NCBI GenBank assembly: GCA_050258935.1
Contig: JBLMZS010000048.1
Location: 1,278-65,277 of the forward strand
DNA length: 64,000 nucleotides
Direction of reading: 5' to 3'
DNA from: Bacteroidota bacterium
Lineage (GTDB): Bacteria > Bacteroidota > Ignavibacteria > Ignavibacteriales > SURF-24
This document shows, piece after piece, positions 8,697-17,548 of this stretch. Position numbers and translations under genes: made by a program. Under the pieces are notes generated by a model. It worked only from the letters and a program-made list of their open reading frames with translations, was not told where the DNA came from and made no database searches. Positions within the stretch are counted from its first letter, which is position 1. Each line of letters starts with the position of its first letter.

Positions 8697-9977
8697 ATGA
8701 AGTTTTCAGCACCGGCACTTTTACTTCTGGCACTGCTCAGTTCCGGCTGCAGCAGAAACAGCGGAGCACAGCACGATAAGATTACTTACTGGTCGTCCAA
8801 CAATACCGATGAGATCACTTTCGCTGAGATGATAGTTAACCAGTGGAACAGCGGACAATCAGGACCGGTGGTACACGTGCAGCCCGTACCGGAAGGACAG
8901 TCGAGCGAGGAAGTCATACTTGCAGCAGCAGTTGGAAATACCACCCCTGACATATATTCGAATATGTGGCAGGGAGATGTGGAGTTCTATGCTCGCAGCG
9001 GCAGACTCGTCCCGCTCGATACCATACCAGGATTCCTGCAGTTTATATATGAAAGGTGCGACTCTGCAGTGGTAAAGGAAATTACTTCGGATGACGGCCA
9101 TATTTATCAGGTGCCGTGGAAGATAAATCCAATAATGATAATATATAATGAAAGGATATTCAGTGAGGCCGGTTATAACATTCCGCCGCCGACTTATGAC
9201 GGATTCTTTGAGGCCGCCCGCAGGATGAAGGACCGGAACATCTGGATCGGTTATTCAGAAGTAATAGTCACCTGGTGGCAGAGATTGTTTGATTTCTATC
9301 CGTTTTATCTCGCAGCTTCAAACGGAGGCAAACTGGTCGACGGTAACAGAATAGTATTCAACAATGAATATGCGGTCAGGACATTCGGCTTTCTCAAAAC
9401 GCTATATGATAATGGCTATATGCCGCGCGAAAGAATATCTGCACAGCAGGACCCGTTCCTTTCGGGAGTAATCGCAACCAGATTTACCGGTCCCTGGGAA
9501 ATAGTGCATGCAGAGAAATTCAAGCCGGATGGATTCAAATATTCATATGCACCTCTTCCTGTTCCGGGCAGCAGCGATTCAATCATCAATAAACAGGACA
9601 TATCTTATACGTACGGCGATACGAAAAATATTGTGATATTCAATACATGCAGGAATATAAACGCCGCATGGAACTTCATTAAGCTAATGTTGAACAGCAA
9701 GAATGAACTGCTGCTGCTTAAAACAACTGCACAGCTGCCGAGAAGAAAGGATCTGGAGAGCAATCCGGAGTTCATTGAATTCTTTAGAAATAATCCCAAG
9801 ATGCAGCCGTTTGCCAGACAGGCAAGATTTGTCAGGGGACCGGATAATTGTCCGGTGCTGAAAGAAATATTCGACATAATATCGCAGGAATATGAAGCGT
9901 GTGTAATCTATGGTCGCAAAACTCCAGGTCAGGCGGTGAAGGATGCAGCAGATGCAGCTCAGTTATTGCTGAAATAA
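8697..9977 (+). CDS. Sugar ABC transporter solute-binding lipoprotein
   Basis: Lipobox-like LSSGC; TPDI, LVPLD, DGHIYQVP, YNERIFSEAG and TGPW motifs typical of family-1 SBPs. Confidence 0.9.
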   Translation: MKFSAPALLLLALLSSGCSRNSGAQHDKITYWSSNNTDEITFAEMIVNQWNSGQSGPVVHVQPVPEGQSSEEVILAAAVGNTTPDIYSNMWQGDVEFYARSGRLVPLDTIPGFLQFIYERCDSAVVKEITSDDGHIYQVPWKINPIMIIYNERIFSEAGYNIPPPTYDGFFEAARRMKDRNIWIGYSEVIVTWWQRLFDFYPFYLAASNGGKLVDGNRIVFNNEYAVRTFGFLKTLYDNGYMPRERISAQQDPFLSGVIATRFTGPWEIVHAEKFKPDGFKYSYAPLPVPGSSDSIINKQDISYTYGDTKNIVIFNTCRNINAAWNFIKLMLNSKNELLLLKTTAQLPRRKDLESNPEFIEFFRNNPKMQPFARQARFVRGPDNCPVLKEIFDIISQEYEACVIYGRKTPGQAVKDAADAAQLLLK

Positions 9978-10012
9978 ATCTCTGAATATTTGCTTAACGA
10001 TAAATAATACAA

Positions 10013-10873
10013 ATGCCGAAGAAAACTAAAATAATACCTTACATCATGGTGCTGCCATACATTGTGCACTTCCTTGTCTTTGTATCGTTTCCGGTGATAT
10101 TCTCATTTGTACTGATATTCCATAAATGGAATATCATTTCCCCTATGCAGTTCATAGGTCTTGACAATTTCTATCACCTGTTTCATGACAGACAGTTTTT
10201 CTACGCTGTAGGCAATACGCTCATTTTTCTTCTGATACATATACCTCTGCAGATAGCCGGAGCTTTGTTCTTTGCTGTCATGCTGAACCAGAGACTCAGA
10301 TTCATAGGATTCTTCAGAGCCGCGTATTTCCTTCCCGTAATAGTCTCCGGTGTGGTCGTTACTATTCTGTGGCAGCAGCTTTTCGGATATGAGACCGGAC
10401 TGCTGAACAGAATGCTCTCAGCTGCCGGATTGCCCAGGATCGGATGGCTGGTCAATCCGTCTGTTGCCATGTCGTCAATTGCAATAATGGCCACGTGGAA
10501 AAATGTCGGACTCTATATTGTGCTTTTCCTGGCCGGACTGCAGACAGTTCCTAATCATCTTTATGAAAGTGCAGAACTGGAAGGTGCAAATTCATGGCAG
10601 AAGTTCAGATACATTACTCTGCCGATGATCAATCCGACGGTAATGATGGTGATAATTCTCTCGACCATCGGCGGATTCTCACTGTTTATTGAACCATATG
10701 TCATGACCGGAGGCGGTCCGCTTAACAGCACTCTATCAGCAGTGCTGTATATATATAAGCAGGGATTCTTCTATTATCATATGGGGTATGCTTCGACGCT
10801 TGGATTCTTTTTTGCAGGAATAATCCTCCTGGTCATAGTAATTCAGAAAAAGTATGTGGAGAGAGAAACATAG
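10013..10873 (+). CDS. Carbohydrate ABC transporter permease (MalF-like)
   Basis: FIGLDNF; EAA-loop LYESAELEGANSWQKFRYITLP; MTGGGP; multiple TM segments. Confidence 0.93.
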   Translation: MPKKTKIIPYIMVLPYIVHFLVFVSFPVIFSFVLIFHKWNIISPMQFIGLDNFYHLFHDRQFFYAVGNTLIFLLIHIPLQIAGALFFAVMLNQRLRFIGFFRAAYFLPVIVSGVVVTILWQQLFGYETGLLNRMLSAAGLPRIGWLVNPSVAMSSIAIMATWKNVGLYIVLFLAGLQTVPNHLYESAELEGANSWQKFRYITLPMINPTVMMVIILSTIGGFSLFIEPYVMTGGGPLNSTLSAVLYIYKQGFFYYHMGYASTLGFFFAGIILLVIVIQKKYVERET

Positions 10874-10921
10874 AACAACTTATTTCCGGTGCAGTCTTAT
10901 TGTCGCTAAAAATGTGGATGC

Positions 10922-11752
10922 ATGGTAATGAAAAAACTGAATATGAAAAATGTAATATCGTACCTGGTGCTTACAGCAGGAGCGTTAATGTTTGTATATC
11001 CTTTCATCTGGATGTTCAGCGCTTCAGTCGCGCAGGAGAAGGAGATTACTGATCTTGTACTGCTGCCGGGCAGTTTCTCAATGGATAATTATCTGCAGGT
11101 TGTAAATAAAATTCCTGCATTCAGGGCGCTGCTCAACAGTATTATTGTATCCGCCATTGTCACCGCAGGAGCTGTAATATTTACCTCCATGGTAGGTTAT
11201 GCTCTTGCACACCTTGAATTCAGGGGCAGGCAGTCATTGTTCTATTTAATAATATTTACAATGAGCATTCCTTTTCAGATTACACTCATTCCGCAGTACA
11301 TACTGATGGTAGAGTTCAGGTGGATAGATACTTTCTTTGCTCTTACAGTACCGTATTTCCTGAACGGACTCGGAATAATAATGTTCCGCCAGTATTTCAG
11401 GAGCATACCAAAAGATATGATAGATGCGGCAAGGATAGACGGCTGCGGTGAATTCAGAATACTCTTCAGCATAGTATTGCCCAACTCTGTCCCGGCAATA
11501 ATTACCATCGGCATAATTACTTTTATGGGCAGCTGGAACGAGGTACTTTGGCCGATTATAGTAATACGCGATCAGAATCTGATGACAATGCCTCAGCTGA
11601 TCGCACTGTTTGCAGTCGGCGGAAGAGCCGAATCTCAGCTCGGTGTCAAACTTGCTTCGGCAACAATGCTGGCTTTACCAATAATAGTCGCATATACATT
11701 CTTCCAGAAATATTTCATACAAAGCATGGCTTCAACCGGATTAAAAGAATAA
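10922..11752 (+). CDS. Carbohydrate ABC transporter permease (MalG-like)
   Basis: EAA-loop IPKDMIDAARIDG; WNEVLWP; C-terminal FQKYFIQS..STGLKE. Confidence 0.93.
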   Translation: MVMKKLNMKNVISYLVLTAGALMFVYPFIWMFSASVAQEKEITDLVLLPGSFSMDNYLQVVNKIPAFRALLNSIIVSAIVTAGAVIFTSMVGYALAHLEFRGRQSLFYLIIFTMSIPFQITLIPQYILMVEFRWIDTFFALTVPYFLNGLGIIMFRQYFRSIPKDMIDAARIDGCGEFRILFSIVLPNSVPAIITIGIITFMGSWNEVLWPIIVIRDQNLMTMPQLIALFAVGGRAESQLGVKLASATMLALPIIVAYTFFQKYFIQSMASTGLKE

Positions 11753-11763
11753 GGGGTCGGAAG

Positions 11764-13041
11764 GTGAGAAAAATAAATGTCAGAAAGCAGGATATAAGGA
11801 TCAATGCGGATCCGCAGCGCGTGATTATGAATTTCTTCTTTCCCGGAACACAGGAGCGCGCTGAACGTGTAATTGAACGGGTGCTGTCTCTTCCGGCGAA
11901 AAAAATGGAGAGCTGCCTCGATGCAGTGACTCAGGAATTCTCGTTCAGGCACAGATCGGTCGGGAATATATTCCTTGAGAATTTTGCAAGGATACAGAAA
12001 ATAATGGATAAGAATTCCGAAAACACGGAACTGTTTATCAGGCTCGGAGAAGCAGATCAGATCGCCAGAATGCTGATTGGTGCATATTTCTCTAAAGAGT
12101 ATTCGATCGAAGCCGCTGCTATATTCAATCCTTCCATAGTACTGCTGAATGATGATTCCGGTCCTGTAAAGTTTGTCATGAGTCTGCGCGCTGCGGGTGA
12201 AGGCCATATTTCATCGGTCGAATTCAGATACGGTACAATTAACACTTCAGGACAAATCACTCTTGATGAGATTCCGCGATATGTGAATACAGGGAAAATA
12301 ACTTCTGGAGAAAATGAGAATTCTTATTCGGTTAAGTTCGACGACAAAACCGGCATTACCGAAAGAGTATTGTTTCCTCATTCACCGGATGAATCCAACG
12401 GACTCGAAGATGCCAGATTTGTATTTCACAGCAGCGATAAGAAATATTATGCAACCTATACTGGTTATAACGGAAAGAAAATTCAGACCAAGATGATAGA
12501 GACTGAAGACTTCCGGTCGTTCAGGCTGTTCCCTGTATTTGGTGATGCGGTAAAGGATAAAGGAATGGCTCTTTTCCCTGAGAAGATAAACGACCGGTAT
12601 GTCATGATATCGCGTCAGGATGGTGAAAATCTGTACATTATGGAATCCTCCAGAATAGATCACTGGGAGAAAAAAAAGCTGCTGAAGGTTCCATCTGAAT
12701 ACTGGGAGTTTGTACAGATCGGAAACTGCGGATCACCTGTCAGGACTGAAAAAGGATGGCTGCTGCTGACCCACGGTGTTGGTGCAGTAAGGAAGTATTC
12801 AATATCTGCATTGCTGCTGGATGCTGAAAATCCGGAGAAAATTGCCGGAGTACTGAAAGAACCGTTGATTTCACCCGGCAAAGAAGAACGCGAAGGATAC
12901 GTCCCGAATGTTGTATATACCTGCGGATGCGCAATAGTTAAGAATAAACTCATTATTCCTTATGCCATGTCCGATGCAGCCATAGCAGTTGCCTGTGTCG
13001 ATTTAAAAGAGTTACTGGACAGGTTTGAACCGGCAGTATAA
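11764..13041 (+). CDS. GH130-family mannoside phosphorylase/hydrolase with N-terminal helical extension
   Basis: FNPSIV, GLEDARF, KGMALFPEKI, GYVPNVVYTCG, YAMSD. Probable start is GTG 11764; the ORF-track start 11548 overlaps the permease. Confidence 0.85.
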   Translation: MRKINVRKQDIRINADPQRVIMNFFFPGTQERAERVIERVLSLPAKKMESCLDAVTQEFSFRHRSVGNIFLENFARIQKIMDKNSENTELFIRLGEADQIARMLIGAYFSKEYSIEAAAIFNPSIVLLNDDSGPVKFVMSLRAAGEGHISSVEFRYGTINTSGQITLDEIPRYVNTGKITSGENENSYSVKFDDKTGITERVLFPHSPDESNGLEDARFVFHSSDKKYYATYTGYNGKKIQTKMIETEDFRSFRLFPVFGDAVKDKGMALFPEKINDRYVMISRQDGENLYIMESSRIDHWEKKKLLKVPSEYWEFVQIGNCGSPVRTEKGWLLLTHGVGAVRKYSISALLLDAENPEKIAGVLKEPLISPGKEEREGYVPNVVYTCGCAIVKNKLIIPYAMSDAAIAVACVDLKELLDRFEPAV

Positions 13042-13054
13042 AACAGGAGGTAAA

Positions 13055-13960
13055 ATGGAAAAGCACCAGAACAACCCAATATTGACCAGAGAAGACGTTC
13101 CGTTTCCGGTCAATAGTATTTTCAATGCGGGAGCTGTGAAATTCGGCGATACGTACCTGCTGTTGTGCAGAGTCGAGATGCCTGTAGGCCGGTCAAGTTT
13201 TGTGATTGCAAGGAGCAGTGACGGATGCAGCTTCAGTGTCGACAAAAAACCCTGCCTTACACCACAGGACCATAATGAGTTCTATGAATATGTGGAGTGG
13301 GGAATAGAAGATCCCAGGATAACCCGTATTGGGGGAAAATTCTATATAACATATACAGGATATTCCAAATTTATGCCGCTTGTAATGCTTGCAGAAACAG
13401 AAGACTTTAAGAATTTTAATATCATCGGTCCTGTCAGTGAACCGTCAAATAAAGATGCAGCCCTGTTTCCGGAAAAGATAGACGGATACTTCTGGAAAAT
13501 TGACAGACCGACCGCAGGCAGCAGGAGTGATATATGGATCAACAGAAGTCACGACCTGAAGCACTGGGGTGACTACAGGTTTGTGCAGGGGACGGTACCA
13601 GGCACATGGGAAACGGATAAAGTCGGAATTTCAACTCCTCCTGTCAGAACCGACCACGGATGGCTCTGTCTCTATCATGGCGTACGCAGCTTCGGTATAA
13701 GTACACTATACAAAATCGGGGTTATACTGCTGGATCTGAACGAACCATGGAAAGTCATAGGCAAGAGTCCGGAACCGTTCCTGTATCCCGATTACGACTA
13801 CGAGCGTGTTGGCGATGTGGATAATGTTGTTTTCAGCAACGGCTGGATAATCGAAGATAATGGTGATGTCAGAATATATTATTCAGGAGCGGATACAAAC
13901 ATATGTCTGTGCTTGACAAATTTGGAATTTCTTATTTCATTATGTAAGTTATCCGGGTAG
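13055..13960 (+). CDS. GH130-family mannoside phosphorylase
   Basis: NPIL, FNAGAV, WGIEDPRIT, NKDAALFPEKI, YHGV, GDVDNVVF, YYSGAD; AGGAGG upstream of ATG 13055. Confidence 0.9.
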   Translation: MEKHQNNPILTREDVPFPVNSIFNAGAVKFGDTYLLLCRVEMPVGRSSFVIARSSDGCSFSVDKKPCLTPQDHNEFYEYVEWGIEDPRITRIGGKFYITYTGYSKFMPLVMLAETEDFKNFNIIGPVSEPSNKDAALFPEKIDGYFWKIDRPTAGSRSDIWINRSHDLKHWGDYRFVQGTVPGTWETDKVGISTPPVRTDHGWLCLYHGVRSFGISTLYKIGVILLDLNEPWKVIGKSPEPFLYPDYDYERVGDVDNVVFSNGWIIEDNGDVRIYYSGADTNICLCLTNLEFLISLCKLSG

Positions 13961-14001
13961 GCTCTCTCCTTATTTGTCAAAAAATCTTGTATGAAAAAAC
14001 C

Positions 14002-15273
14002 ATGAAAAAAACTTTACTAATAATACTACTCTTAGCGGCATCTTTATCGGCGCAGAACATTACTCTGATTAATACGAGCCACCTCGACCACCTCTATGAT
14101 GAGGTCAACGTGCAGGGCCGGAAAGTCGGGATAGTCCACATATATTCCGAATATCCTGATTATCAGCTCGTAGGTGACGACGACGAGGGAATTGCATGTG
14201 TGGACGATGCGGCAAGGGCTGCAATTTTTTATCTCAGGTATTATAAAATAAAGGGTGATAAAGAACTGCTGCGCAAGGCCAAACAGCTCATTCAGTTCCT
14301 GCTCGTCATGCAGAGTGACAGCGGGTTTACCAACTTTATAAAAGATGACTTCTCCCGCAATACTTCCGGTAAAACAAGCGTCGCTTCTTCAAACTGGTGG
14401 ACATGGCGTGCAATGTGGGCAATGAGTGAGGCTTACAGCCTGCTTTCTGTTAAAACAGATTCTTCCTATGACCGCAGACTCGCCGACCGCACCAGAAGGT
14501 CCCTTATACGTGCTCTTCCTCTTCTGAAAAAAATGTTTACAAGTTATCCGGCCACATCTGCAAAAGAAAATGTAATTATGCCCCAATGGCTGCCTCATAA
14601 GTGTGCATCAGACCAGGCTGCAGTGCTTATAATGGCGCTGGTACCTTTATTTGAAAAGGCTAAGGACAATACGCTGTATGACTATATAAAAAAGCTGGCT
14701 GAAGGTATAATGCTAATGCAGATGGGTGACAAGGATAATCCGCCGTATTATGCACACCTGAGCTGGGAAAACAGCTGGCATGCCTGGGGTGCAAATCAGG
14801 CTGAAGCTCTTCTGAGGGCGGGCCGTTCACTGAACGATAAAAAAATGATCCAGTCGGCACTGAACGAAATTGACAGTTTCTATGACTATCTGATCGAAAA
14901 TCAATATCTCAGCAGCTTTGTATTCGAGAACAGGAAAATGGAAAAATCCGAGAGGTATCCACAGATCGCCTATGGCTTTTCGCCGCTTATTTCGGCCTGC
15001 ATGCTTGCCTCAGAAATAACCGGAGATCAGAAGTACGCTGAAAAAGGAGCACGTATTGCACTCTGGTTTGCAGGCGATAATCCGGCAAATGCACCAATAT
15101 ATGACCTGTCATCAGGCAGGGTATATGACGGTATAAATGGCCGTACCGATCTGAACCGCAACTCAGGTGCTGAATCTACAATAGAAGCATTGCTTGCCAT
15201 GCTCGAGATCGAAAAAAATCCGGTTGCCAGAGGCATAGTTCTGGAACGATTTAATAATAACCAGGGAAATTGA
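14002..15273 (+). CDS. Exported putative (alpha/alpha)6-barrel glycosidase-like protein of unknown function
   Basis: Signal peptide; EGIACVDDAARA, WWTWRAMWA, WFAGDN, YDGI..NRNSGAESTIEALL. The fold is inferred. Confidence 0.55.
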   Translation: MKKTLLIILLLAASLSAQNITLINTSHLDHLYDEVNVQGRKVGIVHIYSEYPDYQLVGDDDEGIACVDDAARAAIFYLRYYKIKGDKELLRKAKQLIQFLLVMQSDSGFTNFIKDDFSRNTSGKTSVASSNWWTWRAMWAMSEAYSLLSVKTDSSYDRRLADRTRRSLIRALPLLKKMFTSYPATSAKENVIMPQWLPHKCASDQAAVLIMALVPLFEKAKDNTLYDYIKKLAEGIMLMQMGDKDNPPYYAHLSWENSWHAWGANQAEALLRAGRSLNDKKMIQSALNEIDSFYDYLIENQYLSSFVFENRKMEKSERYPQIAYGFSPLISACMLASEITGDQKYAEKGARIALWFAGDNPANAPIYDLSSGRVYDGINGRTDLNRNSGAESTIEALLAMLEIEKNPVARGIVLERFNNNQGN

Positions 15274-17513
15274 AATCAGCAATCTATCATATAACGGGCC
15301 GGGCAGCCGGCCTGCTGCTGTATTTATCTTTGAATCTCTGCGCCCAGCAGATCAGTATCGGCCGAATAGAACAGATTACAGGCCCTCCGGATCCATATGA
15401 ATTGCGGCAGTGGAAAACGGTCGCACGTCAGTACGATTCTCTCATATTTAATCCCCAGCTCTCCGGCCAATACCTCCCTGTAATACGAATAAACAAAACC
15501 GGTATCAATTACCCGTCCATCAGCACTATCAACCTGAATACATTCATCGGTACTAATTATCTCAGTTCATCTGAGGCCATTAACGTGATTCCGGCTGTGA
15601 TCAGCGGCCGGCTTGCCGGTAATAACAAACGCAGCCAGTATGGTTACGACTGGGTGATGATGTGCAGGGATTATTTCAACCTGAAGAACGGACAGAATGT
15701 ATATCTTAATCATCCATCTGCTCAGACCGGCAACGACTGGTGGTATGAAACAATGCCCAATGTGTTTTTCATACAGTTGTACGCGCTTTATCCTGATATG
15801 GGCGATTTCCATGTGCAGTTGATGGCTTTGGCAGACCGCTGGCTCGAAGCGGTTAATCATATGGGCGGAAGTACGACTCCCTGGAGTGTTCCAGAAATGA
15901 ACTACAGGGCGTTTGACCTGAGGACTATGAAGCCTAACAATTCCGGAGTACCGGAACCTGAGGCCGCCGGTGCGATCGCGTATATATTGTATAATGCATA
16001 TAAAATAACCGGAGCGGACAAATACAGGATCGGTGCTGAATGGTGCCTCGAGTTCCTTGATCAGCTGCAGATAAACCCATCTTATGAACTTCAGCTGCCC
16101 TACGGCGTATATACGGCAGCCAGAATGAATGCGGAACTTGGTACAGATTACAATATTGAAAAAATGATAAACTGGTGCTTTGACGTTTCTCCTCTGCGCT
16201 CCTGGGGAATGATAAAAGGCAGGTGGGGGAAATACAGTGTTGACGGGCTCATCGGCGAGGTAAATGGCAACAATGATTATGCGTTCCTGATGAACACCTT
16301 CCAGCTTGCCTCTGCACTGGTTCCTGCCGTCAGGTATGACGACAGGTTTGCCAGAGCAATCGGGAAATGGCTGCTGCATGCATCGAACTCCGCCAGACTA
16401 TTTTACAGCAGTTATCTGCCGGATATAAATCAGGACAACGAAGCCTGGTCAAAAAAATACGATCCTTCCAGTGTCATAGCATATGAAGCGCTGAGACAGT
16501 TCCGGTTCACAGTTTCACCACACGCTACCGGTGATGCAATGGCAGGAGGCTGGAGCAATACCAACCTGGCACTATATGCATCATCGCATGCCGGAATATT
16601 CGGAGCAATTATAGATACGACGGATGTCAGAATGATACTGAAGATAGATGTTGCTGCAACCGACTACTGGAATAATTCTGCATATCCGGCCTACCTGTAT
16701 TATAATCCGTATTCTGTGGATAAAGATGTATCTGTTCGGCTCAGCGAGACAGGCGATATATATGATGCTGTAAATAATAAAGTCATGTATCAGTCTGTTT
16801 CAGGAAACGTGAAAATTTCCATACCGGCCGATCAGGCAGTCCTGCTGGTCATACTTCCATCAGGAAGTATCATAGAGAAACATGATAATAAGGCGTATGT
16901 TGACGGTACTGTGATCGATCATAATGCTGGGAATGAACAGTTGCAGCATCCGCCCAGAATAAAAAGCCTTTCTGCTGATTCATCAGCTGCTTACATAAAC
17001 GGCAGCGTCAGAATATACTGCACAGCGGGCGACATTGACGGAGGTCCGCTGGTATATGACTGGAAGGTGAGTAAAGGTGAACTGAAAGTGTTTTCAGATT
17101 CAGCTCTCTTTACAGCTCCCTCTGAAGCCGGGGAGGTAATAGTCTCATGTGTTGTCCGCGATAATTCCGGCTATACTGATTCTGCTGTTACCGTCATAAA
17201 AGTGCGCGATTCTTCGTCTGTTAGTGTCGGATCAGGTGGTCCGGTGTTGCCGGTGAAAACAGAACTGTTTCAGAATTATCCGAATCCTTTCAATTCATCA
17301 GCTTCTATTTCATATCAGCTAACGTCAGACGGAGTGGTACGGTTGTCAGTCTGTGATATTCTGGGACGGGAGGTTGCAGTGCTGGAAGACGGATACAGGA
17401 AAGCAGGAACGCATCTGGTAAGGTTCAATAAAGATTTGCCCGGAGGTGTTTACTTTTATACATTATATACTGAGACAGTCACTATTTCAAAGAAAATGGT
17501 TCTATTGAAATAA
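15270..17513 (+). CDS. T9SS-secreted protein: uncharacterised catalytic-like domain, Ig-like domain and type A CTD
   Basis: Signal peptide; Trp/Tyr-rich N-domain (DWWYE, EPEAAG, NPSYELQLPYG, AARMNAE); CTD LFQNYPNPFN...GVYFY...KKMVLLK; TTG start overlaps the upstream stop. Confidence 0.75.
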   Translation: MKSAIYHITGRAAGLLLYLSLNLCAQQISIGRIEQITGPPDPYELRQWKTVARQYDSLIFNPQLSGQYLPVIRINKTGINYPSISTINLNTFIGTNYLSSSEAINVIPAVISGRLAGNNKRSQYGYDWVMMCRDYFNLKNGQNVYLNHPSAQTGNDWWYETMPNVFFIQLYALYPDMGDFHVQLMALADRWLEAVNHMGGSTTPWSVPEMNYRAFDLRTMKPNNSGVPEPEAAGAIAYILYNAYKITGADKYRIGAEWCLEFLDQLQINPSYELQLPYGVYTAARMNAELGTDYNIEKMINWCFDVSPLRSWGMIKGRWGKYSVDGLIGEVNGNNDYAFLMNTFQLASALVPAVRYDDRFARAIGKWLLHASNSARLFYSSYLPDINQDNEAWSKKYDPSSVIAYEALRQFRFTVSPHATGDAMAGGWSNTNLALYASSHAGIFGAIIDTTDVRMILKIDVAATDYWNNSAYPAYLYYNPYSVDKDVSVRLSETGDIYDAVNNKVMYQSVSGNVKISIPADQAVLLVILPSGSIIEKHDNKAYVDGTVIDHNAGNEQLQHPPRIKSLSADSSAAYINGSVRIYCTAGDIDGGPLVYDWKVSKGELKVFSDSALFTAPSEAGEVIVSCVVRDNSGYTDSAVTVIKVRDSSSVSVGSGGPVLPVKTELFQNYPNPFNSSASISYQLTSDGVVRLSVCDILGREVAVLEDGYRKAGTHLVRFNKDLPGGVYFYTLYTETVTISKKMVLLK

Positions 17514-17548
17514 TTCTGGAATATAGCTAAGAACAGTCGGGGTAATAT

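Noticed and set aside
11548-11763. 72-aa extension of the first GH130, overlapping the permease
   Set aside because: Out-of-frame overlap with a clear gene; GTG 11764 follows the permease stop.
15567-16379. Long antisense ORFs (also 23648-24232, 40116-40877, 41803-42732, 45549-46139, 47135-47836)
   Set aside because: They lie opposite well-supported genes and have no recognisable motifs; treated as shadow ORFs.
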